34,062 bases of DNA from Planctomycetia bacterium (GCA_025356615.1 JANXSH010001052.1:1-34062); one strand, 5' to 3'. Shown: positions 1 through 8,213, counted from the stretch's first letter. Notes: generated from the letters alone by a model not told the origin. Made by a program: numbers and translations.

Positions 1-566
1 TTATCGACGGAGTCGCCGACGAGCGTCTGGAGGTCCACGACTTGCTCGGGCGTGATGCCCCAGTCGGCGAGCAACTCGGCGCGGCCGAACTCCTCGCGCT
101 TGCGCAGGTTGAACAGGCGGACGCGGTCGGTGATGAGCTGCCGACAGTCCTTGTCGCTGGTGCAGATGAAGACCTCCATCCCGCGCCGATTCGCGGCGAC
201 CGAGAGCGTGGCGAGGAGGTCGTCGGCCTCGTAGCGCGGGTGGCTGAGGACCGGGATCGCCAGCGACTCGAGCGCCTGCTGGATCAGCGGGATCTGGAGG
301 ACGAGGTCGTCGGGCATCGGGGAGCGGTGGGCCTTGTAGTCGGGATAGAGGTCACTGCGGAAGGTCGGCTCCGAGCGGTCGAAGGCGCAGATGAGGTACG
401 TCGGGTGCATTCCGCGCAGGAAGAGCATGTCGCGGACGAAGCCGAAGATGGCGTTCGTCGGCATGCCGGTGGGGCTGCTCATGCCCTTGATGCCGTGGAA
501 CACTTGAAAGATGAGCGAGTGCGCATCGACCAGATAGAGGGTATCAGCGGCGGACGCCTGCGACAT
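1..566 (-). CDS. polA: DNA polymerase I, N-terminal 5'-3' exonuclease (FEN-like) domain; only the 5' part of the gene is present, and it continues past the window start
   Basis: Absent from the ORF track because it runs off the window edge. My minus-strand translation from the ATG at 566..564 reads MSQASAADTLYLVDAHSLIFQVFHGIKGMSSPTGMPTNAIFGFVRDMLFL...FICTSDKDCRQLI...LVGDSVDN. This matches the conserved blocks of the Pol I 5'-nuclease domain. The overlapping + ORF 42..689 is an antisense shadow. Confidence 0.85.
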   Translation of the reverse strand, partial: MSQASAADTLYLVDAHSLIFQVFHGIKGMSSPTGMPTNAIFGFVRDMLFLRGMHPTYLICAFDRSEPTFRSDLYPDYKAHRSPMPDDLVLQIPLIQQALESLAIPVLSHPRYEADDLLATLSVAANRRGMEVFICTSDKDCRQLITDRVRLFNLRKREEFGRAELLADWGITPEQVVDLQTLVGDSVD

Positions 567-824
567 GGCAACGAGGATCCAGAGGATGAGGAGGGCGACT
601 CGATCGCGTCGGGGCCGGATGAGGGCATCCGGGCATCGGTCGGACTTACGGCATTTCCACCACGGCCCGCGAGATGGAGGATGGTATAGGGGACAGGACG
701 GAGGATCGTAGAGATCGTGACTCGCGGGCAGGATTGGTGGATATAGGAAGTCTATGGGGGCCGATGGGGGACTGTCAAGGGGAGAAGAGAGCGAGAGGAG
801 GGAAAACGGAACCTCCTGGCCGTC

Positions 825-2261
825 CTACACCGCGACACTCTCCCCGCGCTCGGCGACGGCGACATCCGTGAAACCCGCCGCCGTCAGCGCGGCGGCGAGG
901 GTCGCCGCCGGGGTCGGCTCGCCGTGGACGAGCCGGACGCGCTGCACCTTGCCGACGAGCGGCGCGAAGCTCCGCAACAAGTCGCGCTGGTCGGCGTGGC
1001 TCGACAGGCCGTTGAGGACGACGACCTCGGCCTTCAGCGGGAAGCTGCGGCCCAAGATTCGCACCTCGGGAAGGCGATCGACGATGCGCCGGCCCAGCGT
1101 GCTGGGAGCCTGGAATCCGACGATGAGGATCGTGCTTCGCGGATCCTCGATGTTGTGCTTGAGGTGATGGACGATGCGCCCCGCCTCGCACATGCCGCTC
1201 GCGGAGATGATGACCGCCGGGCCGGGCATGCGGTTCAGCGCGATGCTCTCGTGGACCTTGTCCACATAGCGGATGCGCCGTTCGCCGAAGATGTCCGGGT
1301 CGTGTTCGAGTAGCCGGCGCGTCTCGTCGTCGAAGCACTCGGGATGCGCGTGATATGCCTCGGTGGCGCGCACGGCCATCGGGCTATCCACGAAGATCGG
1401 CACCTCCGGCAGTCGGCCCGCCTTCATGAGCTGGTGCAGGAAGTAGACGACCGTTTGCGTCCGGCCCACGCTGAACGCCGGGATGATGAGCTTGCCTCCG
1501 CGCGCCGCCGTCCGCCGGACGACCTCGCCGAGTTGCTCCGCCGTCTCCTCGACCGGCTCGTGGATGCGCCCGCCGTAGGTTGACTCGCTAATGAGAAGGT
1601 CGCACTCGGGCACCGGCTCCGGGTCGCGCAGGATCGGCAGGCCCGGCCTGCCGAGGTCGCCGGTGAACGTCAGTCGGCGCGTCCCGGCGGGCGTCGTGAT
1701 GTGGACCCGCACCATCGCGGAGCCGAGCAGGTGGCCCGCGTCGGAGAACGTCGCCTCGACGCCGCGCACCACCTCGAACGGCTCGCCGTAGGGGACGGCC
1801 TTCAGCTTCAGGAGCGTCCGGTAGACGAACGGCCCGTCGTAGAGCGGCTCGATCTTGGGTTCGCCCTTGGCGCGCTTGCGATTCAGGTACTCCGCGTCCT
1901 CGCGCTGGATCTTCGCCGAGTCTCCGAGCAGCACGCCGGCGAGGGCGCGGGTCGCGGGGGTGCAAAAGATCGGCCCGGTGAACCCCTGCGCGAGCAACGT
2001 CGGCAGGTTGCCGCAGTGGTCGATGTGGGCGTGGCTCAGGACGACCGCGTCGATCTCGCGGGGGCGGAAGGGGAACTCGCGGTTGCGCCGCATGCTCTCC
2101 GCGCGCGACCCCTGGAACAGGCCGCAGTCGAGCAGGATCGACTTGCCGCAGGCATCGAGCCGGTGCATCGAGCCGGTGACGGTCTGGGCCGCACCCCAGA
2201 AGGTGACGGTCGGCTCGGCGTGTGGGGGATGTTTCTTCGCCATGCGGGGAGGCAGAGCCAT
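825..2261 (-). CDS. MBL-fold beta-CASP family ribonuclease/hydrolase
   Basis: 478-aa ORF with the metallo-beta-lactamase motif LSHAHIDHCGNLP, a beta-CASP-like middle region and a C-terminal GLSSHADQRDL motif. ATG at 2261; an alternative ATG at 2243 gives MAKKH.... Confidence 0.9.
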   Translation of the reverse strand: MALPPRMAKKHPPHAEPTVTFWGAAQTVTGSMHRLDACGKSILLDCGLFQGSRAESMRRNREFPFRPREIDAVVLSHAHIDHCGNLPTLLAQGFTGPIFCTPATRALAGVLLGDSAKIQREDAEYLNRKRAKGEPKIEPLYDGPFVYRTLLKLKAVPYGEPFEVVRGVEATFSDAGHLLGSAMVRVHITTPAGTRRLTFTGDLGRPGLPILRDPEPVPECDLLISESTYGGRIHEPVEETAEQLGEVVRRTAARGGKLIIPAFSVGRTQTVVYFLHQLMKAGRLPEVPIFVDSPMAVRATEAYHAHPECFDDETRRLLEHDPDIFGERRIRYVDKVHESIALNRMPGPAVIISASGMCEAGRIVHHLKHNIEDPRSTILIVGFQAPSTLGRRIVDRLPEVRILGRSFPLKAEVVVLNGLSSHADQRDLLRSFAPLVGKVQRVRLVHGEPTPAATLAAALTAAGFTDVAVAERGESVAV

Positions 2262-2271
2262 AGAGAGGGGT

Positions 2272-2313
2272 AAAAAAAGTGCCCGCGAGCGAATACCTCT
2301 TCGCTCGCGGTGC
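2272..2313 (-). terminator. Rho-independent terminator on the minus strand
   Basis: Minus strand reads GC-A-CCGCGAGCGAA / GAGGTA loop / TTCGCTCGCGG-GC, a roughly 13-bp GC-rich stem with one bulge. It is followed by AC and TTTTTTT (2278..2272). Confidence 0.75.
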
Positions 2314-2486
2314 GGGTTGTGCCGGTCTACACACGCCTACGTTGCCGTTTAATCCGGACCTCATTCATGAAGTCGCCCCGCTCGACCATTGAGCTACCCC
2401 CGCATGGGAAGAAAGAGCGGGGGACGGGAATTGAACTCGTATCTAAGCGACGGTTGGGTTTCGGACCTCGATTCGGCGATCGGCAC
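2272..2486 (-). ncRNA. Permuted tRNA-like ncRNA, unit 2 (candidate YrlA/Y-RNA-like tRNA mimic)
   Basis: Minus-strand order: T-arm ACGAG-TTCAATT-CCCGT (2440..2424, one A-C mismatch), then CCCCCGC (2423..2417), then a 13-nt loop. Next come GCGGGGG (2403..2397, a perfect 7-bp complement), TA, and D-arm GCTC-AATGGTC-GAGC (2394..2380). GGGCGAC (2378..2372) pairs with GTCGCTT (2451..2445) in place of an anticodon stem. A long-range closing helix pairs 2486..2470 with 2354..2351, 2347..2344 and 2327..2319. The unit ends at the intrinsic terminator. The boundaries are approximate. Confidence 0.55.
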
Positions 2487-2642
2487 CAATACTGAGCTTC
2501 GAGTGATAGCCTGACACTAAGCACCTGCCTCTACCGTTGGGCTACCCCGACGAGTGTAGATGTCGGGGGCAGGAGTCGAACCTGCACTGTCGGCGCGGAT
2601 GAGCCTGAGATTGAGTCTGAGACTGCACTCGTGGAGTGTATC
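2487..2642 (-). ncRNA. Permuted tRNA-like ncRNA, unit 1
   Basis: Minus-strand order: GCGCC (2596..2592), variable GACAGT, then T-arm GCAGG-TTCGACT-CCTGC (2585..2569). Next come CCCCGAC (2568..2562), a 10-nt loop, GTCGGGG (2551..2545, a perfect 7-bp complement) and TA. The D-arm is GCCC-AACGGTA-GAGGC (2542..2527), followed by A and GGTGC (2525..2521), which pairs with GCGCC. The unit starts directly after the stop codon of CDS 2643..3380. The distal closing stem is weak (CGAGTG/CACTCG) and the boundaries are approximate. Confidence 0.5.
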
Positions 2643-3380
2643 TTACGCCTGGCCGAAGAGGTATTTCAAGACCGGCGCGCCGATTTTCTTCGACACGACC
2701 TCGAGGTTGTTGGCCTCCTCGCGGGCCGACTTGACCGCCTCTTGCAGCTTGCGGACGCGGGCGAGGATCTCGTTGCGCTCCTTGGCGGGGATGGCACCGC
2801 TGAACTTGATCGTCGTCCAGTAGCCGACGATCACGTCCTCGGTGTAGGTCTCGACCTGGGCGGGGTGTTCCTTCGTCGCCTCGCTCTTGACGTGGTTCTT
2901 GAGCACCTTCCGGGTCTTCGTGGTCTGGTTCGACTCCGAGGCGTGGTAGTCCACGTCGGGGCTATAGTGCCAGGTCTCGCCGGGGTCGAGCGTGGAGAGC
3001 TTCTCGACGAACGTGTGCAGGTCCACGAGTTGCTTCTCGACGAAGAGCAGCGTCGTGACGGGGATGTCCTTCAGGATCGCGTTGCCGTCCACGACGACGT
3101 TCGCCTTGGCGAGGCAGTTGGCCTGGTCCTGCGTCGCCACGATGTCGAACAGTTCGACGAGGGCGGTCGTGACGCCCCCGATGGCGTCCCAGGCCTTGAG
3201 CTGGACGAGCTTCTTCTCGGGCGGCAGCTGCTCGCCCTCGTCGTCCTTGGGCTTGTAGGTTCGGCTGATGCCCTCGAGCTGGGCAGACTTCTGAAGACTG
3301 TGGTGGGCCTCGGTGATGGCCTTCTGGGCCGCCGACTTCTTGCCGGCGGAGATGGCGATGATTTGGTTGAGCTTAGGCAT
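2643..3380 (-). CDS. Hypothetical protein, 245 aa, charged and helical at both ends
   Basis: Clean ATG-to-TAA ORF with native GC3-rich codon usage (MPKLNQIIAISAGKK...VLKYLFGQA). I recognise no catalytic motif. It lies on the same strand as, and directly upstream of, the tRNA-like RNAs with no terminator between them. Confidence 0.8.
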   Translation of the reverse strand: MPKLNQIIAISAGKKSAAQKAITEAHHSLQKSAQLEGISRTYKPKDDEGEQLPPEKKLVQLKAWDAIGGVTTALVELFDIVATQDQANCLAKANVVVDGNAILKDIPVTTLLFVEKQLVDLHTFVEKLSTLDPGETWHYSPDVDYHASESNQTTKTRKVLKNHVKSEATKEHPAQVETYTEDVIVGYWTTIKFSGAIPAKERNEILARVRKLQEAVKSAREEANNLEVVSKKIGAPVLKYLFGQA

Positions 3381-3492
3381 CGGAGGGATCCTTAAGAGAG
3401 AACGTTTTGGTAGGAGGACACTCGACGGAGGAGCGAGGTTCGATCCAGGGATGAGCGAATCAATGCCTACCGCTCTACCCTTCGCCGATACC

Positions 3493-5385
3493 TCACTCCT
3501 GTTCCTGCACCCACGACAGGGCCAAATTCACCGGCCCCGACGCCATCGGGATCGTGACTTCTTCGCGTGTGGCGTCGTCCTGGCGACGGCGATCGACGAA
3601 GTCGGGGATCGCCCGCAGGCATGCTTCCAGCAAATTCAGCTCCCGTGCCGCCGCCAGGCGGAACTCCGTTGCCGAGTCCGTGTGGATCACCTTCGGGTAG
3701 GCGTCCTCGCGCGCAATCGGCCAGCCGTGATGCTTCGCCACGTCGAGGTCCGTGACCGACATCGTCCACTCCTCGCCGTAGAGGAGGGCGGTGCTGACAT
3801 TGATGGGTTCGTCGTCCTCGATCACGTCCCGCCTCCACACCCTTTGCAGCCCGCTCAGGTCGTCGTACAACGCCAGCCCCGTCGTCATGCCGGCTTGGCC
3901 CATGACCACGGCGAACCAGGGGCCGCCTGGGAACGTGTCGCACTCGACGCGGAGCGCGCCCTCGTGGCCGACCTTCTTCCAGGGAGTTCGACGGAAGAAC
4001 AGGGCCGCCGCGTCGTAGAACGCGCCCAGCAGGGCCGGCGTGACGCCCGCGATGTCGATCTGGGCCGGTCGGGGTGGTCCGCCGACGTGTTCGTAGAGAC
4101 CCGCAAATACCTCGTCGAGGTCCGGCAAGTCCGGCTTCGCGACCAGCCGGACGCCCACCTCCTCGAAGTGACGAGTGAGCGCCTCCCAGGTTTCGCCGGG
4201 CGGAACCTGGATCTCGGTCGGACGATGGGGCGTGCCCGCCGCCGGGTGCTGCATCGCCTTCATGATCGTATCCCACAGCAGGGCCGAGGGAGGCTGATCG
4301 AGGGGCATCTCGTGGGCGAGCAGGTAGCCGTGGGCGGGGTTCGTCACGAGGACGATCCACGGGCGCACGAATTCGCCGCCGATGCGGAGCCAGTTGGGCA
4401 TCCGCCGAAAGTCGGCCTGCCAGACGCCCTCCTCGAGCGGCAGATGGGTCGTCAGCCACTTCTTGACGAAGCCGAGTGGCCCCCTCGGCTCGGGTGTTTC
4501 GGCCTTCTTCTTCGGCTTTACGTTCGCCCACAGCCAGGGAACCGCGCCGGCGGTGTCTTTCCACCCGGCCAGGCAGTGGTCGATGTAGACTAGTGCCTCG
4601 CTCTCGGCACCGCGCGTGTAGTGGTTGGGCTGTTTGCCCGAAGGCATCTTGTTGCCCAGGAGATAGTCCGGCACATGAGTGTTACTCTTCCGGGCCGTTT
4701 TCAGGAGTCGGCGCGCGTCGATCGTGTCGCCCTCGCGGCGGAAGGTGAGCAGCGCTCGGGTATAGGCCCACGACGCCGAGTCCTCGTCAAACTTGCCGAG
4801 GAGACGTGCCAGTTCCTCGTCCCGGTCCAGAAAGAGCAGGTAGCCGGCGAGCGTGTGGCGAACTCCCTGGTTGTCTTGCGGATTCAGCCGCAGCAGTTCT
4901 TGCAAGTGCTGGACGGCCTCCTCACGCCGGGCCAGCTCCCACAGGACGATGGCGAGGCCGAGCCGCGCTCGCATGTACGGCCGGGTTTCGACGACGCCCC
5001 AGAATCGGCCGACGTTTCGCGCGAACGCTTCCCGCCCGATCGCACGTTCCCCGGCGGCGACGCCCTTCTCGTAAAGATCGAGCCGCTGCTTGCGACCGCT
5101 CGTGAGTTCCGCGAGCAGGACGAAGGCGTCGGCGCAATCGGGGTCGATGGCGAGTGCGTCGTGGGCCATCCGGGCACGCCGCTTCTCGTCCAACTCCCCG
5201 AATGCCCGGTACATCATCGACTGTGCCTGGGCGGACGGCGTCGGTTTCTCGCCAAGCCCCTGGATCTGGGCGTTCAACTGCTGGATCACGCCCTCCATCA
5301 CGCGCGGATCAGGCAGACCTTCCGGGGAAGGTGTGGGCCGAAAATGCGGCCTCCTACCACCGGGCCGGGGCTTCTTTTTCGCCAT
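3493..5385 (-). CDS. Hypothetical protein with an N-terminal TPR-like helical-repeat region and an uncharacterised C-terminal half
   Basis: The track ORF is 3493..5424. The more likely start is the ATG at 5385 (MAKKKPRPGG...). The helical-repeat stretch includes AIDPDCADAFVLLAEL and LRLNPQDNQGVRHTLAGYLL. The large + ORFs overlapping it are antisense shadows. Confidence 0.75.
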   Translation of the reverse strand: MAKKKPRPGGRRPHFRPTPSPEGLPDPRVMEGVIQQLNAQIQGLGEKPTPSAQAQSMMYRAFGELDEKRRARMAHDALAIDPDCADAFVLLAELTSGRKQRLDLYEKGVAAGERAIGREAFARNVGRFWGVVETRPYMRARLGLAIVLWELARREEAVQHLQELLRLNPQDNQGVRHTLAGYLLFLDRDEELARLLGKFDEDSASWAYTRALLTFRREGDTIDARRLLKTARKSNTHVPDYLLGNKMPSGKQPNHYTRGAESEALVYIDHCLAGWKDTAGAVPWLWANVKPKKKAETPEPRGPLGFVKKWLTTHLPLEEGVWQADFRRMPNWLRIGGEFVRPWIVLVTNPAHGYLLAHEMPLDQPPSALLWDTIMKAMQHPAAGTPHRPTEIQVPPGETWEALTRHFEEVGVRLVAKPDLPDLDEVFAGLYEHVGGPPRPAQIDIAGVTPALLGAFYDAAALFFRRTPWKKVGHEGALRVECDTFPGGPWFAVVMGQAGMTTGLALYDDLSGLQRVWRRDVIEDDEPINVSTALLYGEEWTMSVTDLDVAKHHGWPIAREDAYPKVIHTDSATEFRLAAARELNLLEACLRAIPDFVDRRRQDDATREEVTIPMASGPVNLALSWVQEQE

Positions 5386-5546
5386 CGAACACTCCTTCGG
5401 CAGACAAGGGATGAATATTCTCATCCTAGAACTTGCCTCGATACAGGCGAGTGTGGAGTGTCAGTTCTCTAGGTGCGGGCTGAAACATGGATTGCTGCCA
5501 CCCCAGGTCTCCGGCCCTGACACGTTCAGCCAGCAATACAGGTCCA

Positions 5547-5591
5547 GCCCGCGAATCTGCGCCTTCAGGGTGTCGGAAGCGGTTCTCGACG
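5547..5591 (-). pseudogene. Displaced or duplicated fragment of the pheT 3' end
   Basis: About 45 nt align with pheT 8993..9039. A 22-nt block, gcccgcgaatctgcgccttcag, is identical, and the fragment is about 85% identical overall with two indels. It translates as VENRFR / DTLKAQIRG in two frames, against pheT ...VENRLRQTLKAQIRGQDA*. Confidence 0.5.
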
Positions 5592-5655
5592 GCCTTAGGG
5601 GTCGGGTGCGAGCATCGTTTCGACCCGCGCCACGAGGTCGGCCTGCGGATGCGAT

Positions 5656-5705
5656 AGCCGCGACACGACGTGGAGCGCGAGACGCGCTCCGCGTCGTGTC
5701 GCGGC
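5656..5705 (-). terminator. Long GC-rich hairpin downstream of the MBOAT gene (possible terminator lacking a U-tract)
   Basis: AGCCGCGACACGACG-(T)GGAGCGCG-AGA-CGCGCTCC(G)-CGTCGTGTCGCGGCT forms a near-perfect stem of about 22 bp. There is no flanking T-run on either strand. Confidence 0.4.
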
Positions 5706-5748
5706 TAAAACAATCGCTCGGATCGAGCCCCACTAACCCGTACCCGCA

Positions 5749-7197
5749 CTAAAACTGGAAATAAATGAAAGGTGCCGCAGCGCCTCCTGGTGACAAAAGA
5801 GCCGCCAGAACCAGCATCGCCCCGCGCATCCCCCAACGACAACCCGCCGTGAACCCCAATTCCTCCGTCTTCGCCCAATGGTCCAGGCCCGCCACGAACA
5901 ACGACACCAGCACATACGCCGCCAGTAGCAGCCCGAGCGATGGGTCGAGGAGCGCAGGCGAAAGGAACGTCGCCGAATCGAACACGACCCATTTTTGGAC
6001 ACACAGGAGGCTATCGGAAAGCAGCGTGAGTCGGAAAAAACACCACGCCAGACACACGCAATGAAACGTCAAGAGGACCGCGAACGCCTGCCACACCCCC
6101 CCGATCACGCCCCGCCGGCTCGCCAACCAGGCGGCCAACCCCGTCTCCGACCAGAGCCGATGCACGACCAGAAACGCTCCGTGCAGGCCACCCCACAACA
6201 AGAACGACCAGGACGCCCCGTGCCAAAGCCCACCCAGGAGCATGGTAATCATCAGATTGAGACAGGTTCGCCACGGCCCCAGCCGGCTACCGCCTAGCGG
6301 GATGTAGAGGTAATCTCGCAGAAATCGAGACAAGGTGATGTGCCAACTTCGCCAGAAAGCTGCCACGTTGGAGGCCAAATAGGGCCAGTTGAAGTTATCC
6401 GGCCAGCGATACCCGAAGAGCATTCCCAGCCCGCGGGCGATGTCGGTGTAGGCGGAGAAATCGAGGTAGATCTGGAGTGCGTACAAATAGACATAGGGCA
6501 ACGACCACACCCCGGCCGTGGTCGGGTCGGCGACATGGGCGAAGTAAGGATCGATGAGCGTACCGATGCGGTTCGCCAGAACCATTTTCTTGAAGTAGCC
6601 CCGAGCCAGTAGCCAGCCGGCCTCCAGATGCGCCTCCCCCCGTGTTGGCATCTTCCCCTGGGAAAGAGAGGCCAGGAACTCGTTGGCCCGCAAGATCGGA
6701 CCGGCGACGAGGTGTGGGAAGAAGATCGCCGACAAAGAGTAGCGCACCAGGCTACGCTCGGCGGGATACTCGCGACGATAGACATCCACCATATAGGCTA
6801 TGCCAGTAAACGCATAAAACGAAATGCCGTAGGGGATGCTCCAGGCTGGCGAGGCGAGACGCTCCGCAGGCCACAGCCACACGTTCGACCACCCAGCCAG
6901 TGTCGAGACGATCAGGGGCGTGTACTTGAAGAAGCTCAAGACGACGAGGTTGAAAGCGACTCCCAGAGCGAGGATCCAACCCTTCTTGCGCAATCGCTCT
7001 ATCCCGACGCCGACGCACCAGTTCAGGAGGCAGTAGATCAGGATTACGGGCAGCAGCCGCCAGTGGTTGAGTCCGTAGAAGATCACGCTCGCACCGAATA
7101 GGAGCGCGACGGCGGCGGACTCGCGGCGGCGCACCAACAGCCAGACCCCGTAAGTGACGGCCACCAGGATCAGGAACGCTTGGTCCTCGAAACTCAT
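5749..7197 (-). CDS. MBOAT family membrane-bound O-acyltransferase (AlgI/DltB-like)
   Basis: 482-aa polytopic membrane ORF with the MBOAT blocks WRSWHITLSRFLRDYLYIPLGG and GGLWHGASW. Its ATG overlaps the upstream gene's stop (ATGA at 7194..7197). Confidence 0.9.
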   Translation of the reverse strand: MSFEDQAFLILVAVTYGVWLLVRRRESAAVALLFGASVIFYGLNHWRLLPVILIYCLLNWCVGVGIERLRKKGWILALGVAFNLVVLSFFKYTPLIVSTLAGWSNVWLWPAERLASPAWSIPYGISFYAFTGIAYMVDVYRREYPAERSLVRYSLSAIFFPHLVAGPILRANEFLASLSQGKMPTRGEAHLEAGWLLARGYFKKMVLANRIGTLIDPYFAHVADPTTAGVWSLPYVYLYALQIYLDFSAYTDIARGLGMLFGYRWPDNFNWPYLASNVAAFWRSWHITLSRFLRDYLYIPLGGSRLGPWRTCLNLMITMLLGGLWHGASWSFLLWGGLHGAFLVVHRLWSETGLAAWLASRRGVIGGVWQAFAVLLTFHCVCLAWCFFRLTLLSDSLLCVQKWVVFDSATFLSPALLDPSLGLLLAAYVLVSLFVAGLDHWAKTEELGFTAGCRWGMRGAMLVLAALLSPGGAAAPFIYFQF

Positions 7198-8213
7198 GGC
7201 CCCTTGCCTCCGTTGCCGGCCATCCGCTGTCGCGGAGAGGTGTCGTCACTCAGATGGGCCAGTAGGGCCGTCAGCAGCAGGCGATTCCCTCGCTCGGAAT
7301 AGTGCTTGTCGGGAATGAACAGATTTTTCTTGTCCTCGGCCTCGAGGAACGGCTGACGCACATCGCAGACATCGAGGCCGGCTTCCCGGCAGATGGGCGA
7401 CAGCTGATCCTGCAAGCCGAACTTGACGCCTCGCAAGATCTGCTGATGATCGGGGAGCAGGACGACCGTGATGGGCACGGCATGACGGCGGCCTGCCTCA
7501 CCCAAGCCCGTCAGGATCTGCCGTAGGTCCGCCAACACCCCCGAGGGGACTCCCTTGGCACAGTAGCGATGAGGGAACATCGGCACCGCTTGGTGCCTGC
7601 CGGTGCGAACCCAGGCCAGCATTCCCAATCTACAGCGAGAGAGGATGGCACCGCTCGAACCGTCGGGGACATGGGGAGTGTAGGCGATCCCACCTCGAGA
7701 GGTGACGTGGATCTGAGATAGAGAATGTGCGGTCAACGGCCAAGCGTCTCCTGGGATCAGGACGAAGAAGATCCGTTCCGGTTTCATTCCATGATCGAGC
7801 AACAACTGGATCTGAGCGGCACGGATGAAAGGCAGTTCATTTCGCCCAAGATTGAACACCGGGCGATCCGGCAAGGACGCGCGAGTGGTGTCGGCCAAGG
7901 CTCCAACCATATGCACGAAAGAACTGCCGAACATCGCCCAACAGCGCGGCGACTGGGAGACATCGCGCAACTCGTCGATACGCCCTCGGTAGTCTTCCTC
8001 GAACTCCTCCCACGACCGATACTGAACGCCATAGCGGTTATCGGCTCGAAACGGCCCAGTAAGCCCAGAATCGTCACCGAGGTAGGGGCGGAAATCCCTG
8101 GGCGGGAAGCGGCGTAAGAAGAACTCACTCGCGGCCAGCAAGGCCAGCGATACGACAGCTACTCCCCCCGCGAAGGCTCCGAGGCGCCTGAGCCGCAAGA
8201 ACGGTGCCTTCAC
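7194..8213 (-). CDS. Membrane-anchored partner of the MBOAT (AlgX/AlgJ- or SGNH-like, tentative)
   Basis: GTG start at 8213 with an AGGAGG Shine-Dalgarno sequence about 6 nt upstream. It has an N-terminal hydrophobic anchor and a C-terminal IPDKHYSERGNRLLA resembling the D-x-H block of SGNH/AlgJ-type proteins. It is translationally coupled to the MBOAT gene. Confidence 0.65.
   Translation of the reverse strand: MKAPFLRLRRLGAFAGGVAVVSLALLAASEFFLRRFPPRDFRPYLGDDSGLTGPFRADNRYGVQYRSWEEFEEDYRGRIDELRDVSQSPRCWAMFGSSFVHMVGALADTTRASLPDRPVFNLGRNELPFIRAAQIQLLLDHGMKPERIFFVLIPGDAWPLTAHSLSQIHVTSRGGIAYTPHVPDGSSGAILSRCRLGMLAWVRTGRHQAVPMFPHRYCAKGVPSGVLADLRQILTGLGEAGRRHAVPITVVLLPDHQQILRGVKFGLQDQLSPICREAGLDVCDVRQPFLEAEDKKNLFIPDKHYSERGNRLLLTALLAHLSDDTSPRQRMAGNGGKGP

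Noticed and set aside
42-689. Long + strand ORF (215 aa) at the window start, and many similar long ORFs in the track (e.g. 3313..4593 +, 9285..10172 +, 11866..12990 -, 17400..18524 -, 21020..22450 +, 29076..30101 +, 30439..31338 -, 33043..33951 +)
   Set aside because: All lie antisense to, or out of frame with, genes that have clear family signatures. Their translations are Arg/Ala/Gly/Pro-rich and low-complexity, as is typical of shadow ORFs in high-GC genomes.
2310-2555. Ordinary tRNA genes, for example GTCGGGG...CCCCCGC as one tRNA of about 138 nt with an intron, or GCGGGGG... as a tRNA-Met/Sec because of CTTCATGA
   Set aside because: In the conventional 5'-to-3' order the acceptor halves do not match (a C-C mismatch and only 5 of 7 pairs). 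No anticodon stem-loop can be drawn. The spacing is far too long for a tRNA and too short for a group I intron. The perfect 7-bp complements appear only in the permuted order.
2272-2642. tmRNA (ssrA), including the two-piece permuted form, as an explanation for the T-arm/acceptor elements and the size of about 370 nt
   Set aside because: Neither acceptor stem has a G3-U70 pair (C3-G70 and G3-C70 instead). No CCA is encoded after either 3' acceptor strand. I found no resume codon or tag ORF ending in a hydrophobic ...LAA-type tail; the best frame reads NEVRIKRQRRRV*. Both units also have full tRNA-like D-arms with G18-G19, which tmRNA lacks.
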